NCBI GenBank assembly: GCA_973895155.1 | Contig: OZ316894.1 | Location: 12,812,828 to 12,876,827, forward strand | Length of the DNA stretch: 64,000 nt | Direction of reading: 5' to 3' | Origin: Marsupella aquatica | Taxonomy: Eukaryota; Plantae; Marchantiophyta | Shown: positions 1 to 12,400 of the stretch, piece by piece | Position numbering within the stretch: the first letter of the stretch is position 1 | Layout of the letters: each line of letters starts with the position of its first letter | The notes under the pieces: generated by a model | Databases searched by the model: none | Told to the model about the DNA's origin: nothing | The model's input: only the letters and a program-made list of their open reading frames with translations | Position numbers and translations under genes: made by a program

Positions 1-329
1 TTGAGGCACAAGTACCATGTCACCCAAAACTACTTTATTCTTAAATGATTAGTTATTCTTCTGGGCATGGAAATCGTTTTGAGAAAGACTACAAGACAAA
101 CTATTTTACTTTCTTTTGGGGCGATCCCCACACTTTTAGTTATCTTTCAAATTAATGTTTTTGTTCATTTATCTAGATACCATTGTCCTAAAAGCTTTTT
201 GTTATCATTTGGGGAAGATTGCTTAAAGTTTGAGCAAACCTTGTGTAAAATGTTTCATGATTGATGCTATTCAGCAGTGGAATTATGACAAGCATCAGCC
301 CATTTCAAACAGCCATGAGGGCATAAGAA

Positions 330-1222
330 AGTCGCGCGTTAAATCTACAACGCATTAATGCTCCCCCATTTTCCTGGGGCGCATACACTGCCCATCCCAG
401 TCCCCAATACTGCTGCCCACTTCGGCCCAAGTGCCAAAACATTAGCCAAGACTGCCATTTTGTCACTCGCTCTGGACCAAACTACTTTGTGTGCTCAACT
501 TCTTCCTTGTGGAGTTGTTGTTTATGTCCTGGCAACACTTCTTCACAAGAGAGTTATGCTTGCTTTGTAACATAGTCTAAGTGTTGCAAAGCCTAGTACT
601 TTGGTAAGAGTCATGATTGATAGAGTCTTGGTTGATGTTCTGCCAAATGCTTATTCTTTATGGAGTCATGGTTTATGTTCTAGCAACACTAATTTCCAAT
701 GGAGTCATGTTTGCTTTGTAACATAGTCTAAGTGTTGCAGAGCCTAGTACTTTGGTTAATAGTCATGATTGATCGATAGGGTCTTGGTTAATATTGTGCC
801 AAATGCTTCTCCACTATGGAGTTGTGCTTTATGTTTTGGCAACAGTTCTTTCCAATGGAGTCATGCCTATTTAGTAATGGAGTCTAAGTGTTCGGCAAAG
901 CCTAGTACTTTGGATGAGAGTCATGATTAATGATAGAGTCTTGGTTTACATTATGGCAAACTTAGGCCGGAACGTGCAGCAGCTAGCTTTGGGGACCTGG
1001 GCCGGAGCCAGCTACAACAAGTGAAGGGTGCTAGAACAGAAACCTGAAGTTGATGACACAAAGTTGATCAGGCTGGAGCGGGTGACAAAACTTTAGACTC
1101 TTGGCTTATGTTTTGGCAAACTCAGGCCAGAGTGGGCAGTAGCATTGGGGACTAGGATGGGTAGTGTACAGGACCCCAGGAAAATGGGGGATCATTAATG
1201 CATTGTACATTTAATGCACTGT
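330..1222. mobile_element. Foldback/long-TIR non-autonomous DNA element (MITE-like) with internal tandem repeat
   Basis: Arms ~330-505 and ~1045-1222 are imperfect reverse complements (TTAAATCTACAACGCATTAATGCTCCCCCATTTTCCTGGGG at 339-379 vs CCCCAGGAAAATGGGGGATCATTAATGCATTGTACATTTAA at 1174-1214; similarity continues inward). Outer ends and TSD not resolved. Confidence 0.7.
505..960. repeat. Degenerate tandem repeat, ~151-156 bp unit, ~3 copies
   Basis: TGGAGT..GTTTATGT..TGGCAACA recurs near 510, 661 and 817; AGTCTAAGTGTT..GCCTAGTACTTTGG recurs near 574, 725 and 881. Confidence 0.85.
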
Positions 1223-2878
1223 CTTTGTACTCTATACCTCCTGGTTGAGATCAGTACTGTCGTGTTTATTTTGTTTCCTTTTCAGTGAGCACTTTGGAGG
1301 GGGTGCAATGGAGTATGGAGGGTTGGGGGCGTTCCTTGCTTGGCACCATATCTCTTTGGAAGCACGGAGGGGTTCAATTCCTCTCCAAAGAATTACCATA
1401 AACTGGCTAAAAGTTACATGGCCCTATTCCTTCTCACTTCTTCTTACATGCTGTGATTTGAACTCACCAAATCTCCTGATAGCCCCCTACATATGTCGCC
1501 ACTTGATCCTTATGGACAGATGTGACTGCTTGCCAGAAATATACCTTGGGTGAGCAAGAGATCGCCACCCCTCCTCAGCCATTGATCCATGAGGTCGCCA
1601 CCTCTTTCGAGACAAGCCAATTGGCAGTTGCCACAGTGGCTACTTGTCTCTGACCTTAAAAAATACTTGCTCCAGATACAGAGGGGCAGGGTCAGGTAGG
1701 GTAGCTCTGAAAGTAGTCAGGCTACTAAGAAGCAACACATGGCTATGCTAGTGGATTAGTATAAGATGTAACTACCTAACTAGGAGCGCACAGATTTGAT
1801 AATTTTTGCATATCAACCGGCATGGAAAACCTATAACTCTATGACTAGCCAGGTCATCATGGAGTCCAGCATGGTGTTTATCCAGACTTATGATCCGTAT
1901 AAGAAGGTAAAAAGGATGCGCGGGTAACAGTACTAGGTTAGTCCAGAGGGGCTAAGCAAGATATTCCACTTGGCCAAGGGCACCTCACCTATGGAGTTGC
2001 AACAGAGCCTTTATAAGGTAGGGTGCTTTCACCTGTGGGGTAAGAGGGACAATAGATACACTATAACATCCTCCACAAGTCAGTTGGTTATGGAGTGTTT
2101 ACAATTACATGAGCAATATCAATGCGATTGGCGTCAAAGGTATGAGAGAAACAATTGAAGTACTGCACAGATCAGCCCAACTGGACTTGAGAAGATTCTT
2201 GGCTAACTTTGGAATAACCACATCATGCAGAAACAACAACCTAGACATAGACTGTATGTAGCATACAATATTAGACAGGTGCATTGGATGGAGTTCAATT
2301 CTATCTTACTACAGCAAATTACAACAGGTCACCAATTCGATGGAGGGGGGGGGGCACTTCACAAATGCAAGGATGGGTAATCAGGGGGGCTTTACAAGAC
2401 CGCGGGGGCCGTTCCAATTTTTTTCCAGTCTCCCAGATGTGATCCTAGCCGTGCATTCGTGAGAACTGGCCACACTTGACTTTACAAGACCGCGGGGGGG
2501 ACGTTTCCCGTCAGAGGATCCCGATCCTACATGGACATTAGTGGGGCCCGTGTAGGGCCCAGTTTTTGCAGACGTGTCACGGCCGTTCGGGCAAAGTTTA
2601 GACCACCTCCTCGGGTGGTTTTTTCTTTTCGTCCGTTTGGTCCATTGCTATATTCAGACTTCGCATTAACTCTGACCCCACAGAAGCGACTATCCAGGCG
2701 ATTCAGGAGGGCGCCCAATTTGCAAGCCAACTTCAAATGTTTGATTCAACATTTCAAAAAACATCGATCCAATGTCCAGAACAAGATCTATATGTTCTTC
2801 GGCAACATCAGTAGCACACATTGCACATCTCACTCTCCTTACATAGAGTTTATACAATCAGTCACGGGATCAGTCACG

Positions 2879-4141
2879 ATGAACCAATCATTTTTTCAGC
2901 AATGGCAGGAAAGGCTACAGAGGCAACGAATGGAAGTCAACTCCAATTTTGTTCAAGATTCACAACCAATTTCTAGCTATCAGGGGGGAGATTCATTCAA
3001 TGCACTTTCGTCCCAACCTCCGTTGGTCATGTCCGATGAGGAATTCCAACGCTGCCTCAATGAACCCCCACCAAGTAGCTTTCGTTCATTTCATGGAACT
3101 GCAGGACAAGCTTTTGTTCCAGACCATCGTAATCAGTTCTTTTCTTGCCCTGCACCAGGTCCATTTGCATCTACCAGTAGTGAGGAGCCTCCTCAAGTCA
3201 CGAAGCTGCCTGTTAGGACAGAAACTGGAGGCAAAATACCTGGTGAGGGCACAAAGAAAAAGAGGGCTGCCAAGGCCGCCCCAACAAAGAAACCGAAGAA
3301 GGCTCAGAAGGTTGTCGAGTTGAGTGATGAAGAAGGCGATGGGGAAGATGGAAACTCAGTGAGTAGATGGACAGATGCAGAAGTCAGCCACCTAATATCA
3401 TTTCGCTCAGAAATGGATGAGGAGTTCTCAACGAATGCCAAGAAACAAGGTGAGGTTCAGATCCTCAAATTTCTATTTTCTTGTCAAAATCACATGTATA
3501 GGTCCGTGAACGTGCATTCTCAATTATTCTCACTTGTATTTTTTTATAACTTGTCCGTGAGCGTGCATTCTCAAGTATTCACACTTGTTATTTTTTATAA
3601 CTTGATTTCTCTCGATTACACAGGTGTGCACATGTGGGAGAAACTACAAGAGAAAATGATTGCTGCTTGTGAAGGATTCAACAAGTCAGCTGAGGCAATC
3701 AGGAAGAAATGGAAAACCATTTATAGATAGTATTGCAGTGACAAACGTATCCTCAGCATATCTGGAGAGAGACGAAAGATCACCTGTAAATTTTTTGACG
3801 AAATTGATCAAGGCTTCAACAACCGGGCCAATGTACGAAAATTGTGTCACGGAGATGCTAGTGGGACTCCCAATCCATGTCCCCTTGACTTGAATGAGCC
3901 AGGGGAAGCGCAAGGGTCTGCCAAAGGTGGGGTTGGATCTGGTTCAGATCAAGGTAGTAATCCTGCTAACACTACCCCTCAGTCCACAAAATCATCCAAA
4001 AAAAGCAATTCATATACGTATAGTATGTACATGAGTGAGATGGTGAGAAACACCTCTAGCATGGCACAAGACATTCGTGAGACCACTGGTGTTCTCAAAG
4101 AGCTCAAATCCGAAATTTCAAGGCTCATTGACAAACTGTAA
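2879..4141 (+). pseudogene. Harbinger Myb/SANT (trihelix-like) DNA-binding protein with one premature stop
   Basis: ATG 2879; exon 2879-3449; GT-AG intron 3450-3623; exon 3624-4141. Motifs RWTDAEVSHLI...MWEKLQEKM...IRKKWKTI...CKFFDEID. An in-frame TAG at 3728-3730 is followed by in-frame continuation into ORF 3842-4141. Confidence 0.85.
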
Positions 4142-4991
4142 ATGTGGTTGCAGATGAGTGGGCGCCTAGGCGATGCTTTGTCCCTCAACCTTCTGTTATA
4201 GAAGTGAGCTATGATGGTGTCCCCCTAGAATATTTTAAATACTATAAACGGCCCACTGAGTTGTACTATCCTCCCGAATTGCTTAATAGGTTTCATTCTA
4301 CGGACAAGTGAGTTCCTTGAAATTGGGCATTCAATATAAAAAAGGTCGACTCTTGGAAGCTCTCACTTTTTGGTAGTTTAATCATTCTTTTTTGTTCTAG
4401 AATTGCACAATGTGTACAGAACGGGTGAGAATTTACTCATTTCTGTTCTGAACTGTATATGAACTTCAATTTCATGTTTGAATGGATTTTTCCCTGTCAA
4501 TTTCGACTTGCTGAACTGGTGATTTTCAGAACTGCGTTTTGCTTTCCACATGTATAACTATCAGCGAAATTCATTCAAGCAAAATTGTCTACTTAAATTG
4601 CAATAGCAAAGCATAGGCAAAATCAATCCATAGCCCAGAAATTGATTTCAATTCCAACTTCAACTTTGAGAATAGATTGCTTTTGTCAATTTCAACTTTA
4701 AGAATTGGAGCTCATCAGGACTGCATTTTGTCTTCTCAATTTCGACTTTGAGAATGGGAGCCTTTCAGGACCTTTTCAATTTCAGCTTTCTGTGATTCAT
4801 GCTGTGCATTTCGACTGAGATTTGAGTTCCTTGCACAATTTCTGAAAGAAGACGATTGCACAGATTGAGTAATAGAAAAAGTCAGCATTTATGTGGACGA
4901 AAATTTCCAATTCACAGAATGCTAGACCTAACAACAATGGCTTCAATGGACGTAGGGAATTGACCTAACAGAATTTTAAAAATTACTAGAA

Positions 4992-6418
4992 TCATTCTTC
5001 AGCATCGCTTGGAGAGTCTGTGTCATCATCAAAGACACCTTCGGGTAATTCAACCTGTTCACGCAAGTGTCGGTGAAACAATGTCTTGGCCAGCTCCACA
5101 TGCATTGTGACCCCTCTCTTCAAAGCTTGAACAGAGTTTTCATTGGCAAGTTCAATCACAGCATTGTCATTGTCGTCTGGTAATCCAGCTGTACGTATGA
5201 ACTCTTCCATATCAATTGTAGCTCGATTCACCTCAACCTGTGCATAATCATACATTTTATAGTCCCAGCTTGTCTTAAATCCCCAAAACTTGCAAGGCAT
5301 TGCTCCTTCAGCCACAATTTTGCATCTGCTACGAGTTGCTCATCTCCAAAATCCTTGTGCATAATACATAAGTTATGCAGACATATACATGCTCCGACCA
5401 CGTCAGCAACATGATCAATCTTCATTTCTATGCGTCTCAAGAGAATCCGCCACCTGCCTTTCAAAATTCCAAATGCCCGTTCTACACACATTCTGGTAGA
5501 ATTTTGGATGAAATTCCAATGTGCTTTGAAAGGCTCAAGTTGTTCTTTTGTTCCTTTAAAAGGAATATACATACAAGTTCGGATGGGATATGCAGCATCA
5601 CCTATGAGTTTATATGGACGGAAATCTCCCCTAATAGTTTTCCTTCCCATCACTGAGTTTACAAATAAGGTGTAGTCATGTAGAGAACCCGCCCATCCAA
5701 AGTCCCAATCCCAAAATGTTGTTTCCGTGTCCACAATGCGTTGCAAGAGAACAGAATAAAATCCCTTTCTGTTATAGAAAGGTGCCGGATCCCCCTCAGG
5801 GGCAATGATGGGAATATGAGAGCCATCTATGGCTCCCATAATAAAAGGCAACCCATGCTTAGCTTCAAATTGGGCTGCTAAATTTTTCAGAGATTTTGAA
5901 GTCCATTTCGGAACCACAAGTGGACGAATGTATTTCAAAACGGCTTGACAGAATTGTCTCACAACAATACAGGCCAAGCTTTCGCTCATTCCAAACAGGT
6001 CAGCACAACCAAGCAAGTAGTTACCTGTACCTAGTCTGTTCAATGATAAAGCAACCCTCTTTTCCAATGGAATAGCTCCACCTTTTTTTGACTTCTACAT
6101 GTCTGGGGCAACTAAAGAACAGAGGTAAAAAAATGTGGAAGGCTTGATACGTAACCTTCTTGTGAACTCTTTTTCAGTATGAGAAGCCAACAATGTTCTA
6201 TCCACAAATGGAGATTCACGGTCCAACCTCCAAATGGATCTAGGATGCAATCGCAAAAGCCGTCGGTCCCCAATGAGGCAATTAAATAGATGCATTGTGT
6301 TTGTTGCTGTAACCAAAGCAGCTTGCTGTGATTGTATGACTTTAGCCACAATGACTTGCAACACCAGATTGAGGCAAATTATTACCAGAATTTTTGTTCT
6401 CCTCCTGTCAGGCTGCAT
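4992..6418 (-). pseudogene. Harbinger DDE transposase (HARBI1/DDE_Tnp_4 type), one nonsense codon and a probable 3' frameshift
   Basis: Catalytic motifs GAIDGSHI, LIGDAAYP, RMCVERAFGILKGRW, plus LHN. ORFs 6095-6931 and 5228-6067 share a frame and are separated by TAG at 6095-6097. The acidic C-terminus continues in another frame (ORF 4992-5315). The start could be 6418 (MQPD) or further upstream, up to 6931. Confidence 0.92.
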
Positions 6419-9400
6419 CGTGTAATCAAATAATTGATAAGAGGACAATTTTGCAATCTGAAAATGCAAAAACGAAATTCCACAATCAAACTTGGCAGGG
6501 ACAGGAACAAGAAAAGCTTCTGACCTGTTCACGAGCATATTCAACAGTGCATTGGTCTTCTTCGTCGAACGTTTCTTCTGCCTCAATTTCTTTGTACAAA
6601 TCATGGCTCTCACTTGACGAAATTTCTCTAGGTTCCATGATTCAATGTTGCTATGTGCGTCCGTATCAGCGTCTTCCCAGTTGAACAAAATTTCACAGCT
6701 AAAGTTTGATTTTTCTAGTTTTTGGCCATGGTAGATCTCTCTGTATGGGTCCATAAACAGAAGGACCTGTTGCTCATCAAGCTCTCTTCTCTCCAACGCT
6801 TGAAGATCCACCATTGATTGAAAGAAAGACTGAGCTTGACGATCTTCTCCCGCGCAATCACATATTTCCTCCCTGTCAATTTGGGAGTTATCAGACAGCT
6901 GGCCCTTGTTTCTGTCTTTTCTGTGTCCCATCTCTCAAAGTGGGCATTGTTCACTTTACATGAGGCTGGGCGCCGTTCGCTGCAGCCTGGTAGTGTGTTT
7001 GCCCCGGTTTACTAATTTTAGTTCATTAAGTGGCCCCCGGCTTTGCTTTGGAAGAGGAGGGACTCAACGGCCCCCGCGGTCTTGTAAAGCCCCCCTCAGT
7101 GATCTTGGACTAGAAAGAACCAAGGATGAAATTTATCCACTAGATTGGGTACAGGTTCATAGGAATAGGTTAGACAATATGATGGGGATACAAAGTTTGA
7201 TGAAATAATGGATAAGGATCAGTTATCATATATAGGGATGGAATATGAAAAGAGGACCCTGCACTCCTGGAAACAGAGAGGGCTCAAAGAGTGAGTGACA
7301 AAGTAAAAAGTTGTTGGGAGCACGGCGCTGCATCGACATCTACAAAGCGATACCCCTCCCTGAGCAACAATTCTGGGCCTAAGGGGGTTCTTGGGTACTT
7401 GTCCCTGATACACCGCTTTACCGAACGCTCTTGACAAAATCAATGTTTTATGCGGACAAAAGAGAAACCTGGCAAAGATATATAAAGAAGGACGTACCCA
7501 AGTCTAGTGTCCTGCAAACAAGTGTCAAGAAAAATATCTTACTAACCTTGCGCCGTTGCAACAGCGGAGGGCCAACAAGCTTTGGTCTAAATTAAGGGGA
7601 AGGAACAACATGCAGCACTCCTATGTTGTCACAAGACAAATTGGATGTGGGGACATGTCGGCACCAAGGTTTTGTGGAGACAGCAATGGAAGAAAGCTTG
7701 GGGATGATGGTCTCTATCCAAGGTTCTCTTCTTTATATGGCAATTAGGTCCCTCATGGACGGGACTGCTAGTCATTGGGGATGTGTTGCAGGCTAATTAA
7801 GATTAAATTCATAGTTTCACAATTCATTTCTATCCCTGTTAATTAGGAACTCATAATTATATGGGGCAAAACATTTCTTATTGAACCTCATAATTATATG
7901 AGGCAATAAATCAAATGAAATATCTGTTCTTGAGCCTAGAAAGGGCTGACAAAGACAAAATTTCCATCATGGAAACCTTGCAAAAAATGTATTCCCGCAC
8001 TAGTTGGTTGGCTGATCGAAAGGTTGTGTCCCTTCAGGCTTGACCCATGATATCCATCATGCCTAAAATTGTTTCACCTTGGAAAAATAGTATAACCTCT
8101 TTGATTGGTGAACCTTTTGAAGGATTTTTTTCCTGTTTCTCTTTTCTTGCTATATGGACTCAAAGGACACCCTTTTCTAAATGAGAGCCTGTTTCTTGGA
8201 ACCACTACCAAGCTTCATGTATGTAAACTAGGAATATTTTTCTTTATTGACACCTAATCACTCTGGAGTAAGTGTAACACTTTCTATAAAATACCAATCT
8301 TAAAATTGTCCAAAATAGTGTTATATTATGAAGAACAATCACTTGAAGCCAAAAAAACTACTTTGTTTGTATTCTTTGCTAAAACATCAAGGGACATTTT
8401 CAATTAAGACATGGTTTCATATCTGTCCAATAATGTGAAGGTGAACATTTGATTAATTGGCAGACTATTGGACCTGATGAGGCAACACAAAAGTTATTTA
8501 AGTTGTGATGAATGACCAAGGTGAATTGTAACAAAATTCATAGCAAAAGTGTGGGTTGCAAGCCCAACCACACGCCTTTCGTTTATTTGAAATCAGATTA
8601 GCCAACTGCCACCAAAGTAAAACTTGCATTCATATAGAGTGCAAACTCATGAATTCCTGGGGCTCTTTGTTTGTTCAAAACAATTTCTAAGAAACTTTGG
8701 GAATAGTCTAACCTTACACTAGTTTTCCCTCCACTCTCAGAACACTCGATACAACAAAAGTTTCACGTTCCACACAAGCCTTTGACATGTTTACTCTCTA
8801 GTTTCTCAATAAAGCCTTTCAGAGATTTTAATTCCAAAAGATAGGTACTTTGACTCTCAATTCAATAGATAAGCACTTACAAATGGCACAAAAGTCTACA
8901 TGCCCAGAAAGGCAGTCAGCTAAAGCTTGAATTAGAATAAATTTCTGAAAGACACTTCCAGGGAACATCTTTTGGCATTTGCAGAGTAAATATGCTAATA
9001 TATAACTGATTGACAGCAAGCTCCCATGATAAACACATCCTCTTGTACTTCTTATAGTCATTATAATCATGATTGTAATTTGGCTAATACTCCTGTAGTC
9101 CTGAATATTTGCATTGTGCATCAGCCGTGTGTTCAGCACAGAGAAAACTGTTCTTCTGCCTTTCACTAAAGAATACACTGCGGGACACAAATGCAACATA
9201 CTCGAATATTTGCATTTTGCATAGTGGTGTGAAGCACATATATAATTGAGGTTGGTTACCATCCAAAATGCATAGCAATTTTTACTTCAACCCTCTACAC
9301 AATGCATTCGATGTATGATACTTTAGCTACTTAATATACGACTTGAAATCAAATTTAAACAGCTGCCCAAAAATATGAACTCAATTCAAAGAAGGTAGGC

Positions 9401-12400
9401 AAAGGTCAATGTGAAGACCAATAATTATGGCTTTATTTACACCATTTGTGTTAATGCCAGGTTGATTTGTCGGAGGTGACTTTGGTAGGGCGCTTTGCGT
9501 GAAGGGATCAATGCATCAAAGTTTCAAGTCGTTACTGTGCAAGGTTCTGAACAAGAAATTAGCTTGGTTTCTATATTGAGAGAAGGTGCCTACCACCGTT
9601 TGTCTCAGAACATGGCAGGAAACCTCAGTTGTTTTGTCCATCCTGTTCTTTACTTCACACATTGCATATCCAAGATGTTTACACCTTTCAGTAGGAGGAC
9701 TATGTGGAACTTAAGAAACAAATATACTGTCAAAAATATTTAACAAGTGCTCTTCAGACTGTTCTCATGCTTCCAAGCAGATGTCACTTTTTGATAATTC
9801 TTAATAGGTTTTACATGATATCATGACTTGGATAGGTAAAATTGTACAATGAGAACTGCATAGTCAAGCTCACTTTCCAACTCAATGTGAAGGTCACTTA
9901 AAGACTGCCATGGTCCAAGATTTTAAGGAAGTCTCAAATCAACTTGGAAGGTTGTCTCATTTCAATTCTATGTGCGTTTGTGGTATCTTTAAGGACTTTG
10001 TTGGTTCTTTCCTACTTTACTTAGTGAACAAGAAACGTCCCTCAAAGCAAGGTCAAAAGAGATGCCATGCAGGATGTTTCACATCATTTCTCTCCACTAC
10101 TGTATCCCCCCTGGTACCATCATATCCACCCTAATGATGCCATTTTAAGAAGATGTTTTGTTTAACACAACTCATTAGGATACAATAAATTTTTGTTTTG
10201 ATTGCTACAAAACAAAAACTGAAGTATGTTTGGGGATGAACATGCTAAACTATATCCCATACACATTTATTTACAGTTAGTCAGACTTAAGGCTGTAATT
10301 AATTATTTGCCAAAACCAACTTGCTGGGTTTCTATTTAAGTCATTCCTAGATGCATTTGGAATCTTGGTAGGGTTGTTTGACTAAATCTTGAAAAGTAAA
10401 AACTTACCGTTAGATCAAGTAACCACTGAGGTGAAATTGTTGACTTTGAATTGGATACAGAAAGATAGTAAGGATTGTGCACGTATTTTTCTCGAAGTAT
10501 CTTCATAGTTTGTCTACAGTAGGTCGTAGTATCTACATCATTCTTTGGTTGCTAGATTTTCTTTGCTCACTGTTTGTTGGGATTGGGTTCCAATGTTGTG
10601 TGAGTTGGTGGACAATGAGAATTTGAGCATGCTCCATGGAGGCTCAAAGATGAAGCAAACTTCCTTTGTCAGGAGTAAACCTAGTTTCCATATGCTATAC
10701 TTTGGCAACTTATCATCACAATACAAATTGGCTGAGGTGAAGGAGGTAACAAGACACATATATAAGTAGTTCTATAGAGTACTACATACATGATTCTCAT
10801 AAGTCGTTGCTAGTTATATAATAATCATATTACAATAATATATAAACAAATGTTTATGCATGATAACGTTTTACAGAATCGCACCATAGGTCAGATCTGC
10901 ACCACAGGTATGATTTTTTAGCATCGGGTCATTGTAGTATAAAAAGTATAGTTGGTTGGTACTTATGCATCACAATGCCAAGGGTTAGTAGACTCGATGT
11001 TGCATTGTTGTTGTCTTTTGAGGTAAGATCAACCATTCTACTGTACTTGACTTAGTTCCTAAAACTACTAAAAGAGACTGTAAATTTAATTTTCAAACTA
11101 GAGACAAACTTTATTTATATAAAAATAATCATATATATAGTTGTAATTATCCACTCATTGAAAGTTCTCATCTGAAATCATGTTGTCAATAAAGTTTACA
11201 TTCCAATAATCTGGTTTATTCACAATCTCTCATTTATGGTTGGGGGTACAGTATCTTGATGCATTTCCATATAAGCGATCTAGCGGGACTCACTTCAATT
11301 CCCGAAAGATCCGACCTTTCTCGAGTATTATGAAAACTGCAAGGACAGTATGTGATCAGTGACGCAAATGGGTCATATGCTTATAAATTGGTTTCTTCTA
11401 AATGTTATCACAGGCCAAACAATCATGCTGATTGCAGCAGAAAACTCTCTTACTTTTACCAACAATTTGATCAAACGAAGGAAACCCTAGTTTTATTCAA
11501 TGATACATCTGCTATTCTGATGCAATTGTTAAAACATTTGAGTTCTATATGGCAACTCAAGCCCAAGTAAAAAATACAACAGCCAGATTATAGAAAAATC
11601 CACATCAATACTTCTGTTAATATAGCATCCACTCCTTGCTTAACGGCTAAGCCCCACTGAGGCGATAGCGAAGGCCAAAGTAATAAGGAAAGCCCCCAAA
11701 CAGAGGAAATGCAGGCAAGAAGCCCCAACTACAAGGGCCAAGACCATAAATTTAATGTTTTACTTTAAATCCAAAGACACTATAGTTATCTGTAATGTTT
11801 TTAGTTAATTTCTCTAAAATTACTATTCTGACAGCCCAAGGGTACCCTCCAACCCAACCCGCTTATAGGTGCTCACAATATAAATGGTTATACAGTATTC
11901 AAGGGGAATGGTAGTAGGAAACAGCGCCAAATTTGCATGATATGTATATGATCATTTTCATCATAGCTTAACCAAGATTAAAATGACCTGCTCCTAGGAG
12001 TTACCTAACTTTACATCGATCCCTTGTCAATCAAGGTTTACGAAGGAGTGTTAGACCTAAACAACTAAGGAATGAACCCTGAATCCATCCTGGCTAAATT
12101 GATATTGATGGTATCTCTGCAGTTTAAAACAAGCTTCGAATTTAAAACCTATTGAACAATTCATGGTTAGAAGTGTGGGAGATATTGCAAAATAGGACAA
12201 AATGCAATATTTTTTCAAACCAGTAAAAGTTCTTTTTTCTTTGAACCGACTCTTTTTATTAAGATAAACTAGGAAAAGTTTTATAGTAATGATGATTTTT
12301 TGTCTAGCAGATTCTTGACTCACCAAAACCTATCAAGTGTGTGGAAGCTGTATTTGTGGCACTCTACCTGACAGTGAGTTGCTGGATTTTCTGTTGGTTT

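Larger units (their letters stand above)
2384..7095. mobile_element. Full-length PIF/Harbinger DNA transposon
   Basis: Perfect 30-bp TIR GGGGGGCTTTACAAGACCGCGGGGGCCGTT (2384-2413) and its reverse complement (7066-7095); 3-bp TSD TCA at 2381-2383 and 7096-7098; contains Myb/SANT-like and HARBI1-type DDE genes in convergent orientation. Confidence 0.96.

Noticed and set aside
2240-2345. Weak Ulp1/C48 protease-like motif (LYVAYNIRQVHW) in the DNA into which the Harbinger inserted
   Set aside because: Single short motif in a heavily decayed frame; the catalytic Asp and Cys are not convincingly found across the insertion.
2531-2878. N-terminal 116 aa of the 399-aa ORF
   Set aside because: Lies in the TE subterminal/5' region and has no recognisable motif; the ATG at 2879 is the more plausible start.
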